64,000 nt of DNA from Amoebidium appalachense (GCA_963693365.1 CAVNZM010000014.1:6262001-6326000); one strand, 5' to 3'; numbered from the stretch's first letter, positions 1-17,644 are shown. Notes: a model not told the origin generated them from the letters alone. Numbers and translations are program-made.

Positions 1-42
1 GGCTGGGATTCGAACTGGAAGCAGGCGGGAGGAAAAGGCGGT

Positions 43-95
<53 letters not shown>

Positions 96-335
96 GGGGG
101 GAAGCAGGGGGTTATGGCGGGCGAGAGGGGTGGGAGCAGGGGAAGAAGCAAGCAAGGGGTGAGGGAGGGAGGGAGAGACGGAGACAGGGAAGGGAAAGGG
201 AGGGAGGAAGAGAGGGAGAAAGGAAGGAGGGAGGAAAGGGAGAGTGAAGAGACAGGGAAAGAGGAAGACAAAAAAGGGGAGGTAACGGAGAGAAGCAAGA
301 GAGTTGACAGAGACAGAGATTGGGAAAGCACATAC

Positions 336-1232
336 TTTCATCACGATTGGGGAGAATTCGCAGCGAAAAGTGTGACAAGCTTGCTCAACTAAGTCATGCA
401 GTACGCGCCGGCGTATCGCCTTTAGAACCCAACGACTACGGCAAACACGAGGTGAAAGAAGAAAGTGATCCGTCACCCGAGCTCGCTCAGTGCACGCGAA
501 AGTAGGGGTTATCTCACCTGGTCACACGGAGACCTCTCTTGCGGTGTGCTGTTCGTTCCGGCTCTGTGCAGCGGGAACTTCTTGAAAAAAGAAAACAAAC
601 CGTGAAAGTGTCAACTTTGGCAAGGCTTATACACTATTTATTGCTGTGGACACTGTCGGGGGCAAGACCAATATGAAAACCCCGGGCCAATATAGAGTTA
701 GTCTTGTCTTACATCAGATACCCTTACTGGTGACGTACTATTTCTGCATGCTCAATCTTCCTCATCAATCATTCATGGCTCCCTCTCTCCATCTCTCTCA
801 GCTTTCTCTCTCTGTGTCCCCCCCCCCCCCCCCCAACACACACACACACACACACACACGTTTTTGGCCAAAAGTGTCTTAATGCGCGAGGTGTATCCAT
901 ACCAAGGCATTCTAGACCAAGCAAAGACTTATGATGCCGAGACATCGGTTCATTCAATCAACTACGAACACACACCAGCGATCTGTTTTCCTCAGATTGA
1001 AGAGAAAATTAAAGCCTGCACCTATTTAGCTACCATCACAGTGTTTGTTTCTTTAACGGCCACACCCACCAAAGGATCCCATGCATAGTCGAGCGAGATC
1101 TTCTGTCTGAAGGATGCCCAACCGTTCCCATGGTTGGGCGCGGTTAAGGAAAACAAGGGGGTTGGCACCAACAGGTGTTAAGTGCTGTTGTGGGCGAAAA
1201 ACCATTTGTCCTCCGATTGAAAGTGCCGGCGT
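336..1232 (-). CDS. Possible spliced gene running off the left edge; product unknown
   Basis: On the minus strand a CAG|GTGAG donor ends an exon at 518, a short intron ends in pyrimidine-rich ...GCCGTAG, and a 100-nt exon (435-336) ends at GTATGT. The join reads open: ...HRKRGLRVTS-RWVLKAIRRRVLHDLVEQACHTFRCEFSPIVMK. A further acceptor TTTTCTTATCTTTCCAG precedes an open stretch from 1232. No recognisable domain. Confidence 0.35.
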
Positions 1233-1323
1233 CTGGAAAGATAAGAAAACCTGCCTTCAATATCACCAGAAAGGCAGTGTGGCAACGTGATTTTAGCTCG
1301 AGCGCGAGCCCAGGAAAGAAGAA

Positions 1324-1324
<1 letters not shown>

Positions 1325-1422
<98 letters not shown>

Positions 1423-1637
1423 CGTACACAAACACACACACACGTGCACACACACTAGTAGGGTACGAGCACAGCAGCTTCGTGAAGCTGTGACTTGAAG
1501 TCACATGTGCACCTCTCTGCAGAAAAAATCGCCACACACATGCAGGTATACACATACACGCACACAATCATACACGCAAGTGTGACTTTAATATACATGC
1601 ACAAGCATTCAATGGCATGTAAGCACCACAATCACGA

Positions 1638-1706
<69 letters not shown>

Positions 1707-1746
1707 GTGTGCAACCACACACACTGTAGCACACACACACACACAT

Positions 1747-1792
<46 letters not shown>

Positions 1793-1842
1793 TAGCACAC
1801 ACACATGCACACACGCACACACACACACACACACACACACGT

Positions 1843-1904
<62 letters not shown>

Positions 1905-1982
1905 TACACACATACACACACAACACACCCACCCACGTGCACACACCGTGTGTGTACACACACTGACACACATACACACGTG

Positions 1983-2022
<40 letters not shown>

Positions 2023-2200
2023 GCACGCACGCACACGCACACGCACACGCACACGCACACGCACACGCACACGCACACGCACACGCACACGCACACGCAC
2101 ACGCACACGCACACACACTGCACACTTACGCATGGCACAGGCAAACACACGGTCTGTGCAGTCGCACAAACGCACACAGACGCGCGCGCCCACCAACACA
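1325..2200. repeat. Compound (CA)n/(CACACG)n microsatellite block
   Basis: Direct reading. It explains the HTHT/CVCV/HAHA ORFs and is representative of dozens of similar CA/GT, GA/CT and poly-C/G tracts across the window. Confidence 0.95.
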
Positions 2201-2299
2201 CGCACCCAAACAGCTTCCCATCTGCTCTTGCCTGTGACGTCTGCACGCATAAGTAACCCTGCTCTTATTAGATCAAGTAGAGCAGCATCTGGTTTGGGT

Positions 2300-5650
<3,351 letters not shown>

Positions 5651-5927
5651 CATTTTCACAACTGGGTTGGGAAGGGATGTATTTATTCTTTGGTACTTTT
5701 GTGTAGGAAGGAGAGAGGGTTTTTTATGTTGGGGAATGGGGGGGGGGGGGGGGGGGGGGAGGGGGGGGGGGGGGGGGTTAGTATGCTGAGCACATGCTCG
5801 TATTCTGCTCTGTCTGTGTATTCGAGGGGCTGGATTGGGTGCCCCAGCGGGGTGTTTGCTAATTGGCCTTTCGCCCACTTCACAGATGCTTTGGCTGGTG
5901 AGGTGTTCACTCAAGGGCAGGTAAAGC

Positions 5928-5958
<31 letters not shown>

Positions 5959-6001
5959 TCCCTCTCCCTCTCTCTCTCTCCCTCTCCCTCTCCCTCTCCC
6001 C

Positions 6002-6145
<144 letters not shown>

Positions 6146-6792
6146 CCCCCCCCTCCCCCTTCTCTCTCTCTCTCTCTCTCCCCCCCCCCTCTCCTCACTC
6201 TCTCTCTCTCCCCCCCCCCCCCCCCCTCTCTCTCTCTTTCACACACACACACACGCATTATAGGGTGGGCCCTCACACACACACCGGAGAAAGAGGGGGG
6301 AGTCGGGGGGGGGGGGGGGGGGGGGGGGAGAGAGAGAGGGGGGGGAGGGGGGGGGGGGTCCTGTAATGCTAAGGAACTGTAGAGGAAGTATATGTCAATG
6401 TGTGGGCACCCATGCAGATGGGAATGCGACAGTGCAGGGGAAAGATGGAAACAATGTACTGGTAGATGAGGGAGAGGAGAAGCAGGCACTGAAAGGTTAA
6501 TCCCCCCCTCCCCCCCCCCCCCCCCCCCGGCCCCGGTTCCCCCCTCTGCCCCTCCCTGCCCTTTTGTTTCTATAGCAAGCAGCCTAGACAGGGGGAGGGG
6601 CCGGGGGGGGGGGGGGGGGGGGGGGGAGGGGGGTGATGACATACCCTTATAGCCACTGTGTTGTGATGGTTTAATTTAATTCGCATCTAGGGCATACATG
6701 CACATACTGTTGCTGAATGACGGACAGGCACAGGCTGATACAGGCACACCAACATACATACGCGCGCGCGCAGGCACGCACGCACACAAACA

Positions 6793-8890
<2,098 letters not shown>

Positions 8891-9822
8891 GCCAATCACT
8901 ACTAGGTTTAGACTGAGTATCGGTGGGGCTACATCAGAGGGGCGGATGTGGTCTCCTTGTAGGCGCCTTTTCTTTCAAAATGCAGCAGCAGTGATGATGC
9001 TTTTTTTCATGGATATGCTAAGCTTACGTGAACATATGATGAATATATATTATGAACACTAATAACGAACGTATGCCTACGGTACCAAAATCATTCCAGG
9101 CCTATGGTATGATGGATGCACGGAAATTTAACTAAAAGTGACTTAGTGTGAGTACAAAAACTTTTTTTCGAACTTGTGGCGGCATGTTTGTTTTATGCAC
9201 ACACTGGATTCAAATGAACGGCACAAGGGTGTGCTAAATTTTAGACTTTTGGCAGACAAGATTCTGGCGCTAGGAATTTAGTAAAAATTATATATCCAGC
9301 TGTCTAGCCCCCACGGCACATGAAATTTTAATATTTTCCTGTTGTCCCTGTGGGCTAGGGGGGTTAGGAATTAAGATTCTGGCTGGCTATGGCCAAAATT
9401 CACGTAATCTTACATCTATTCGGTCTAACCCTGCATGATGGATATGCAATTCTTTGAGAGCCACATGATTGTCGTCGTGTGCGTATTCGAGATATACTAA
9501 AAACCACATGAACGTATGATAGATATATCGAAACCTCCTTCCCGTATGTTGGGGATATATATATACCGAAACCACATGATGAATGGCCCAGCTTGAAATC
9601 GTGCCAGTAGACATGTTTTACTATCCCACAATGTAGATAGTATATGATATAAATATCTTACAGATACGCAATTTGATAAAATCGCGAAAAAAAATATGCA
9701 AAGTCGATAAAAGTTTGTATAGGCACTGTTCTCGAATTCAAGGCACAAAATCCCCCTAGTATATAATAAGTATATCGCGATAGATATACTTGTTATATTA
9801 CTATCTATGTAGATTGTGTTAT

Positions 9823-10080
9823 GGGGTTTACGCTATTTACTCGAGGCAAAGAGAGACCAGTCTCAGGTATGGGGGGGTTTTGCTCGGAATATCCCCTCAG
9901 CGGTATATCATGATCAAGCACATAGATGTCGGGTGATGATTATATATCAGGGTTTAATTTCTCTACTAAAGACTAAGACCATAAAGACTGAGAAAACCAA
10001 TTAATTAGTTGGGTTCCCCGTTTTTTTTTTTGTTTTTGTTTTTTTTTTTGTGGGCTCCCCTGGGACACTCGGTATCAGCT

Positions 10081-10130
<50 letters not shown>

Positions 10131-10562
10131 AAAATTTTGAAATGGTGTGTTTCTCAAGCCAATCAATACATCTAATAAACAGGTCATAGTTACGTGTGTT
10201 TAGTATAAAATCAAGGATGTTGTAATTTTCAGGTAGGCTATCTTTCTGGGTGTCTGTTGTGAATGTGTCGTGTGTGTTGCGGTATTATGTGGTCTATCAA
10301 ACTACATTTGGCGATACATGATCGTTTAAACTGGTGTCACGGTGCGTGTGTTGTTTGGGCATGTAAACTTTATGCCACCTTATACTTATTAGACCTCCAC
10401 TGTATAGTACGTGTACAGTAAAAGCGTGGTAAGTGATCAATAATACCATCAGCTAGAGAAAGACCAGTTCTACAGGAAGGCAATATTTATTTAGGTGTTA
10501 TACATTTGCGAGTGCCATATTTGGCAATATGGTTAAGGCGGTCACTATATATAAAACGAGAC
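9823..10562 (+). mobile_element. Dispersed non-coding repeat family, copy 1 (GGGGTTTAC-terminated)
   Basis: Closely matches 49787-50378 from GGGGTTTACGCT.TTTACTCGAGGCAAA to TAAAACGAGAC, with ~200 nt of extra sequence at ~10135-10345. Confidence 0.8.
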
Positions 10563-10881
10563 ATAAGGACCTGGTTTAGGTTTTCAAGGTGTCTGCTTTC
10601 ATCGCGTCTAGTGTCGTGTGGTATCTTTTTCCATTTGTTATATATTGTGTAAATTATTTTGTGATTATAAGTAAGTGGCAGTCCAAAGTCACACGCCACA
10701 CTTTTGCGGGGTTTATTTGTATTTGTGCCCGGCCCGGGAAGAAGGAGAGAGTGAGGGAAGGAAAGAGGGGAGAGGTGGGGAGGGGACAGGTCGGATACTA
10801 GAAGAGAGGGTGGGAGGGCAGATAATTCTTTAAGCGGCTTATGTGCTTATTGAATTTCAGCGCGAAATGGGATACTCTAGC

Positions 10882-11308
10882 AGCTATTGGGACCAGACCA
10901 TATTATCGAGAGCGCTACAGGCCCAGGTTTACAACAGTTGTTAGATAGAAAGGAGGCAACTTCTACTTCAAGGAAATTTGCCAAGGGTTTAAGCGCTCTA
11001 GTTCTCTCTTTCTTGATCCAAGCGGCGAGAAGGGGTAAACCATATTCACATGCCGGGAAGACAAAAGTGCGAATAAATGTAAGTCTAATAGAAGGATGGA
11101 GGGGTGTGTCTCAAAAAAGATTAGCCGAGAAGAAAGCTAACCACTTACGAGCCAGCTCTACCCTCTTTTCAACCATATGGGAAAACATAACACCAACAGA
11201 ATTGACTGAAACACCAAGATATTTGTATTCTGGAACGATAGGTACAGGTTTAGATGATAATGTTAGTGTATGTAAATTGTTAGCTATATCAGGTACAAGA
11301 ACACAAAG
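10882..11308 (-). mobile_element. Non-LTR retrotransposon (LINE) reverse transcriptase fragment, degenerate
   Basis: Minus-strand translation gives ...PVPIVPEYKYLGVSV...ANLF*DTPLHPSIRLTFIRTFVFPACEYGLPLL. YKYLG and the P-x-x-EYG motif are typical of the LINE RT C-terminal/thumb region. One in-frame TGA. Confidence 0.8.
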
Positions 11309-11405
11309 TTTGTGTTATGGTAAAACATGTCTATTAGCACAATCCGTTTTCAGACCATCCCGCGGCGGGCAAAGCAGGAAGTGTTACATCGATATATATA
11401 TGTCG

Positions 11406-11440
<35 letters not shown>

Positions 11441-11494
11441 GGGGGGGAGGCCAGGGATCTATATATATATCGAACACCTTTCTTTCTTTCTTTC

Positions 11495-11585
<91 letters not shown>

Positions 11586-12658
11586 CAAAAAGGGGGGGGG
11601 GGGGGGGGGGGGGGGGGGGTTTCAGGGGTTGTTCTGGTACCCTTTTATCATGTATACAGTCATAGGGTTGTTATATATTCCGTGCGGTCTGGCGGTAGTA
11701 CTACGCCGACTGATTTAGTACTCGTTACGGTGGACTATACTTAGTACTAATACTAGGAATAATATAATACTATTCATTACTTAAATACAAACTACAATAC
11801 TACTTAATACTTCCCGGGTACGCTTTATGATCACTGGCAGACGGGACCGTCTGGGGGCCGGGCGGGGGCCGCGGGGCCCTGATACAGCCGCTGGAGTGAG
11901 ACTGTCACTGCCGGTCCGTCGCCGGACACGTGCACCGTAGGATCCCGTCCAGTATTCAACCCGATATAATAGGCATATATATAATATATTTCTCAGACTG
12001 AAATGGCCGCCGTCTTCTGAGCAAACAAAATAACAGATCTAGACTGTTGGTTATGTAATTTTCCGTGGCTCTTGCAGGGTGATGAGCTAAAATGAGAAAA
12101 CAGAATAGAGACAAAATCTTGTAACGGTTTTCCCGGCCCTCTATCTTGGGTACATAGGCCTAGCTGTTTCTCTGTGACGTGTGTGACCGACCGTTGCAGC
12201 CTGCAAATGCAGACGGGACAAAGTCACGACTCGGTTTGCATTCAGGGTTCGAAGGACGGTGGAGCCCGTTAACGGAAGTCGAAATCCCGTTTCGGAAAAC
12301 CTTTCCGAAAATCGGAATGCTCCGTCGGAGCAGGCCCACCAAAAATGGTAATCATCGCGCATCAGTAAACTAGGGCATGCTTATTTGTGCCTATATTGCA
12401 TCAAAATGTAATTATAATGCATACTCAAAAACCCCTGTGGTTATTAGAGGCCTTCCTGGTGTTGGCAGTTGAAGCTTTGAAGGAATAAAAGGGAAATATG
12501 AAGTGCATTAATGCACAATATATATATATACATTTTGTCTCCGTATTTAAAAATTCTGGGGGAGGGGAGGGGAGGGGAGGGGGGGGGGGGGGGGGGGGGG
12601 GGGGAGGGGGGGGTGAGTTGAGGCAGCAACATGGGAAGCTCAGGCAGAAATCGAATGT

Positions 12659-12694
<36 letters not shown>

Positions 12695-12891
12695 GAAAAT
12701 CAGGTTGGGTGGTTGTGTCTGTGTTTGTGTGTGTGTGTGTATTTTTCTTTGCAATTGTGTGTGTGTGTGTGTGGTGGGCATGTATGCACGGTGTGTGTGT
12801 CTGTGTGTATGTGTACAGGTGTGGGTGTGTGTATTTGTGTCAGCGGTAATCGGTGTGTGTGTGTCTATGTTGTGTGCATGTGTGCACATGT

Positions 12892-12940
<49 letters not shown>

Positions 12941-13038
12941 GTGTGTGTGTGTGTGCATGACATTGTGTGCATGTGTGTGTGTGTTTTGTGTCAACGGTTA
13001 TGGTGTGTGTGTATGTATGTACAGTGTGTGTATGTATG

Positions 13039-13754
13039 TGTCATCTTCACTTAATTCTCAGCAAGACTTAGAAGTTGAGTTTGGTATTTATTTATTAGTT
13101 GTTGTAGTTTGTTTCCTTTTCCTTTCTTCATTTCTTTCTTTCTTTTCCGTTTCCGTGTACACGACATCTTAGATCTGTGTACGTATCGACATACTTAGCT
13201 CGCGCACACGTATTGTCGTTTGCGTCAAAATCTATATATGTCATCCAATCATATCTCGTTTGTATAGTATTTTCCCAAATATAGTAACTTACATTCCTTT
13301 CTCATTCCTTTCCCACGACGTAGCATTGTGCTATGTTCTTCAACTATTAGGAATAATTATATTTAGACGTGTTATGATAAGAACATGTATAAATATATGT
13401 TATGAATTAATAGTTACATAAGTGGTTTCATTTTATTAAATGTTTCCGTGCTTTTATTAGAAGTTTCTTTCATTAGAGGATTGAGTTTTACATTCTAAAT
13501 GTCGACAGACATTTTATTCGATATATTTTACACTCATAGTTTTCATTCTTTTGATTGGTTTATCGTTTCACAAAGTTCCCAAGTATAAAAGGGACCTCAT
13601 CTTGAAATAAATCATAAGCAGTCGTATTCACTTCCTATGGTTCCAGAAATCGTTCCTCCTCTCCGGTTGTGTTTTTCCCGTGTGTCTTTGTGTTGTGTTT
13701 TACATAACACCCATCTGTGCTCTCTGCTTCTCCGTTTACCCACACAAAATAACA
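13039..13754 (+). repeat. Copia 5' LTR (716 bp)
   Basis: TGTCATC...AATAACA. Differs from the 3' LTR by a 5-bp indel, a 3-bp indel and one substitution (by eye). Confidence 0.97.
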
Positions 13755-13767
13755 GGTTTACGGCCCC
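13755..13767 (+). promoter_or_regulatory. Copia primer-binding site (half-tRNA type variant, GGTTTACGGCCCC)
   Basis: Abuts the 5' LTR, lacks TGG, and resembles the copia-type GGTTATGGGCCCA. Confidence 0.65.
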
Positions 13768-13830
13768 TTTGCACGCTAACACACAATCTCGCTACAACCG
13801 CGAAAATCTCTCAGTCTTACTGCTTCAATC

Positions 13831-16536
13831 ATGACTGACAAACCGTCGTATATCAACCTTCCAATATGGAATCCGTCCGAGAAACGAGACGAGAAACGTC
13901 TTAATTATTTCGAGTGGGAGCCACTCATTCACCGGTTCATTAGAACCACCATTGCCGAGAAATTCGTTGACGCTATCAAGAGGCCACAGTGGGTTGACGG
14001 CGCTGAAGCCAACCAGTGGCTAGGCTACACCACCAAGGACTCCTACAAGAAAGCTTCCGACGTCCTCGACCAGATCCTCAACCAGTCCGTCCACCCGACC
14101 GAGCTCTACGACTCCGGCCGGATGCAAGACGGTGTCCACGGTGGTGAAGTCTTCCACAACCTACGTATGGCGTATGTAGCAGAGAAGGAGGCCCGAGTCA
14201 CCCAGATTCAAGTCACCTTCGAGGAGCTTGAACTACGAGACTACCCCAACGTCACAGCATACCTCACCCGTCTCCAACGTCTGGCTACGACACTTGCCTG
14301 CCTCGACGAACCCGTCCAGCACAAGGATGTCGTACGTAAGTTCTTCCTCCACATCCGGAAGAACACAGCCCTGGTCTGCCCCGACATTGAACGTCTCTGC
14401 TCCGACTACTGGATGAACAACAAGGCCTACCCGTCCTTCAACATGCTCATCAGTGACATCCGAGGAGCTGAAATCCGTGCCGGCCTCATCGACGCAGGCA
14501 CAGGTGCAACCGTCAACAACCGTCCCCTCCGTGCACTCCAGAGCAGAGTGCTTCCCCCCGGTGACCTCCGTAACCGTATTCCTCGACGTGAGCATACACC
14601 TCACCGTTCCCCGTCCCGTTCCCGTGATCCTCGTCCTCCCTCCAAGTCACCCGGCCCCCGTTCAACTTCCCCTTACCACCGTGGTAACCGGGACAACCGT
14701 AACCGACAGCACAACACCAACAGTGTGAAGTGTTCCTACTGCCATGAGCCCCACCACATCACAGCATGCCCGGAGCCTGGCTGCACAGTTGCTCGTCGTG
14801 CCAAGCAGGAGAAAGGTGACAAGAGTGTGAAATTTGCACTCATCTCCTCCACCGGCACACCTGACAGTAACGACCCCGTCTGGGACAGTGCTTGTAATGC
14901 ACACATCTGCCCCATCAAGGAGTATTTCTCCTCCCTTACCCCGTGTCCTCCCACCCCCATTCACGGCCTCGGCACAGTCAATGCCAAACAACGTGGCATC
15001 ATCAACATGACACTGCACTACAACGGCCACCCAACACCGTGCAGCATCAATGCTTACTACGTACCCGAGGCACCGTCTTTCCTCGTGTCTACCTCCATGG
15101 CATCAGCTGCCGGCCTCCTAGGTCATTGTGACGATACAGACAACCACCCGTCGTTCCTCTACAGCCGTAATGGTGACATTATTACAGATCTCACCCCCCT
15201 CGACGGTCTCTACTACATCACTGACTATGTGATTGAGACTCCTAAACACCCGGGGGTCCAAGCCTACACAGCAAGGACTCAACCACCCGACGACCTCACC
15301 CTTTGGCACAACCGTCTCGGCCACCGTGCCCTCTCCACCGTCACCAGGATGGCCAAGGATGAGCTTGTCATCGGCATGCCCCCCTCCCTCAAGTCACCCG
15401 ACAACAGTGACTGCTTCGGCTGCATGTCTGGCAAGACCACCAAGGCCCCCTTTCCCGGCACCCGTTCCAAGTTCACCATTCCCGGTGCTAAGTGGCACCT
15501 GGACTTCTTCGAAGCTCCCTGTGCTTCCTACGGAGGCTACAAGGTTGCTCTGGTGTGTGTTTGTGATGCCACCGGTTACACCACCGTGTTCCCCCTTTAC
15601 AACCGTGGTGAAACCCTCAGCCACATTCAGTCTCTCGTTGAAACCATCGAACGTCAGACACCTGAGATCGTCACCCATCTTCGGTTTGACTCCGGCTCTG
15701 AGTTCACCTCCAAGGACACCGAGGCCTACTGCAAGCAGAAAGGCATCATCATGGAGTTTGCCCCCGTCGACACACCACAACACAATGGTGTTGTTGAACG
15801 GAAGATGAGAGAACTGCAAGAGACAGTCCGTTGCTTCCTCCATGCCGACAAGGACCAACCTCTCTCTCCCAAGTTGTGGGTTGCTGCTCTCAAGCATACA
15901 AGCTACATCATCAACGTCACACCGTCATCTGCTGCCAACGGCAACACTCCCTTCGAGGCCTTCCACGGCTTCAAACCCGACGTCTCCCAGCTCCACGTGT
16001 TCGGCTCCCCTGCCTATGTGCATGTTCCCCGGTCAAAGAGGAACAAGCTGGCATCAACCGTCAGAGTCGGCACCTACGTCGGCTGGGACCTACCCTCCAA
16101 GGCACACAAGATCCTCGACCATGCCTGCAACCAAATCAAGATCTGCCGTGATGTGATCTTCGACGAGTCGAAATTCACGGGCAGCACCAATCAGGTCTCC
16201 GTTCCCCCCAAACCCGATCTGCCGACATTGGACCCCCCCTCCGACGACGACGATGAAACTCCGTCTGTGGTCATCTCCCAACCGTCCTGGCACAACCAAC
16301 CAGCCCCGGTTGAACCCGTGCCTCCCCCGAGCCCCCCCCCCCACTGGCCAACAACCCTTGCTGCCGGCCCCCCCCGTTGCTGTGCATCAACCCGGCTACA
16401 TGACTCCGGTTCGTCCTGGGTCCCCCACCTTCCACTCGGCCACGAGCAGCCCTGTGGACACCGATGCCCCCCTCACCACCGGTCCTATTCCTGGCTTCAT
16501 CACCCCCGGCAACGAACACAAGGTCTGGAAACTTAA
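13831..16536 (+). CDS. Copia Gag-protease-integrase ORF
   Basis: Zinc knuckle CSYCHEPHHITAC; protease WDSACNAH; integrase WHNRLGH...CFGC, then LDFF / FDSGSEF / NGVVERK (DDE). The frame shifts at the C-run near 16333-16342. Confidence 0.95.
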   Translation: MTDKPSYINLPIWNPSEKRDEKRLNYFEWEPLIHRFIRTTIAEKFVDAIKRPQWVDGAEANQWLGYTTKDSYKKASDVLDQILNQSVHPTELYDSGRMQDGVHGGEVFHNLRMAYVAEKEARVTQIQVTFEELELRDYPNVTAYLTRLQRLATTLACLDEPVQHKDVVRKFFLHIRKNTALVCPDIERLCSDYWMNNKAYPSFNMLISDIRGAEIRAGLIDAGTGATVNNRPLRALQSRVLPPGDLRNRIPRREHTPHRSPSRSRDPRPPSKSPGPRSTSPYHRGNRDNRNRQHNTNSVKCSYCHEPHHITACPEPGCTVARRAKQEKGDKSVKFALISSTGTPDSNDPVWDSACNAHICPIKEYFSSLTPCPPTPIHGLGTVNAKQRGIINMTLHYNGHPTPCSINAYYVPEAPSFLVSTSMASAAGLLGHCDDTDNHPSFLYSRNGDIITDLTPLDGLYYITDYVIETPKHPGVQAYTARTQPPDDLTLWHNRLGHRALSTVTRMAKDELVIGMPPSLKSPDNSDCFGCMSGKTTKAPFPGTRSKFTIPGAKWHLDFFEAPCASYGGYKVALVCVCDATGYTTVFPLYNRGETLSHIQSLVETIERQTPEIVTHLRFDSGSEFTSKDTEAYCKQKGIIMEFAPVDTPQHNGVVERKMRELQETVRCFLHADKDQPLSPKLWVAALKHTSYIINVTPSSAANGNTPFEAFHGFKPDVSQLHVFGSPAYVHVPRSKRNKLASTVRVGTYVGWDLPSKAHKILDHACNQIKICRDVIFDESKFTGSTNQVSVPPKPDLPTLDPPSDDDDETPSVVISQPSWHNQPAPVEPVPPPSPPPHWPTTLAAGPPRCCASTRLHDSGSSWVPHLPLGHEQPCGHRCPPHHRSYSWLHHPRQRTQGLET

Positions 16537-17644
16537 GAAGGCACTCTACGGGCTCAAGCAAGCATCACTGGCCTGGTATGAGTACTTCGACAAGGTCCTC
16601 CTTGCTCACGGTCTCGAACGTCTCCGTTCAGATCCATGTGTCTACATCAAGACCTTCCCCAACGGTGACATCATCCTCACTGGCAACTATGTGGACGACG
16701 TCATCATCATCTGCACGGCCAACTCCTCCCACACCAAGGATCTAGTAGACCACATCATGAAGTCAGCTCTCTGCAAGGTTGACCTTCCCGACATCTTCCT
16801 TGGCACCCAGCTCATCCGCACCCCCGGTCACCTCAAGCTGCTTCAGCAATCCTACATCAACGACATCGTCAGAGACTTCAACCTCAACGATGCTCACCCC
16901 AAGGCTACTCCCATTCCCGTCGGCACCGTCATCACCATCAACGAGAACGACTCACCACCCATCAAGGTTCCCTACCGTGAACTACTCGGCCGTCTTTTGT
17001 GGGTTGCTCGTTGTTCCCGGCCCGACATCTCCTTTGCCATCGGCTACCTCGGTAGATTCAGTGCCAACCCCACCAAACTTGCATGGGAATGTCTACTCCG
17101 TGTAGTTCGGTACCTCATCGGCACTTCCAACCTCGGCCTTCACTACGACAAGTCTGCTTCCGACGACAACACCCCCTTGCTGGAGTGTTATTCTGATGCT
17201 GACTTTGCCAACTGCCCCAACACCCGTCGTTCAACCACCGGATACGTCATCTTCTTCAAGGGCATACCCATCACATGGTATTCGAAGCTGCAGTCCATCA
17301 CGGCAACATCCACCACCGAGGCTGAGCTTCTGGCCATCAATGCTGCTGTTCAAAACGTCATCTGGCACCGTGATCTCCTCCGTGAACTCGGCTACCCGAT
17401 GACCGACCCCACCCCCGTCTACTGTGACAACCAGTCCACCATTGCCCTCCTGCACACCAACAGCATCAAGCACCGGACCAAACACATTGCAGTCCGTTAC
17501 CACAACACGAAGGACTACATCAAGAGTGGGGATGTGGTCGTCACCTACGTGTCCAGCAAAGACAACGTGGCTGACATCTTCACCAAGCCCCTGCCCGGGC
17601 CCTCCCACGAGCAGCACCGTGATTCACTCAGTCTTCGTGACTGA
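16253..17644 (+). CDS. Copia RT (N-terminally truncated) and RNase H
   Basis: KLKKALYGLKQA, YVDD, RPDISFA, YSDADFA, STTEAE, YCDNQS, RTKHI, ADIFTKPL. Confidence 0.95.
   Translation: MKLRLWSSPNRPGTTNQPRLNPCLPRAPPPTGQQPLLPAPPVAVHQPGYMTPVRPGSPTFHSATSSPVDTDAPLTTGPIPGFITPGNEHKVWKLKKALYGLKQASLAWYEYFDKVLLAHGLERLRSDPCVYIKTFPNGDIILTGNYVDDVIIICTANSSHTKDLVDHIMKSALCKVDLPDIFLGTQLIRTPGHLKLLQQSYINDIVRDFNLNDAHPKATPIPVGTVITINENDSPPIKVPYRELLGRLLWVARCSRPDISFAIGYLGRFSANPTKLAWECLLRVVRYLIGTSNLGLHYDKSASDDNTPLLECYSDADFANCPNTRRSTTGYVIFFKGIPITWYSKLQSITATSTTEAELLAINAAVQNVIWHRDLLRELGYPMTDPTPVYCDNQSTIALLHTNSIKHRTKHIAVRYHNTKDYIKSGDVVVTYVSSKDNVADIFTKPLPGPSHEQHRDSLSLRD

Noticed and set aside
1-18. tRNA B-box-like GTTCGAATCCC on the minus strand
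   Set aside because: No A-box or cloverleaf upstream (a homopolymer run lies there) and it is cut by the window edge.
10887-11744. 285-aa plus-strand ORF
   Set aside because: It is the antisense shadow of the minus-strand LINE RT fragment plus microsatellite.
16330-16345. Programmed frameshift between integrase and RT
   Set aside because: It falls in a C homopolymer and copia pol is normally one frame, so an indel or sequencing error is more likely.
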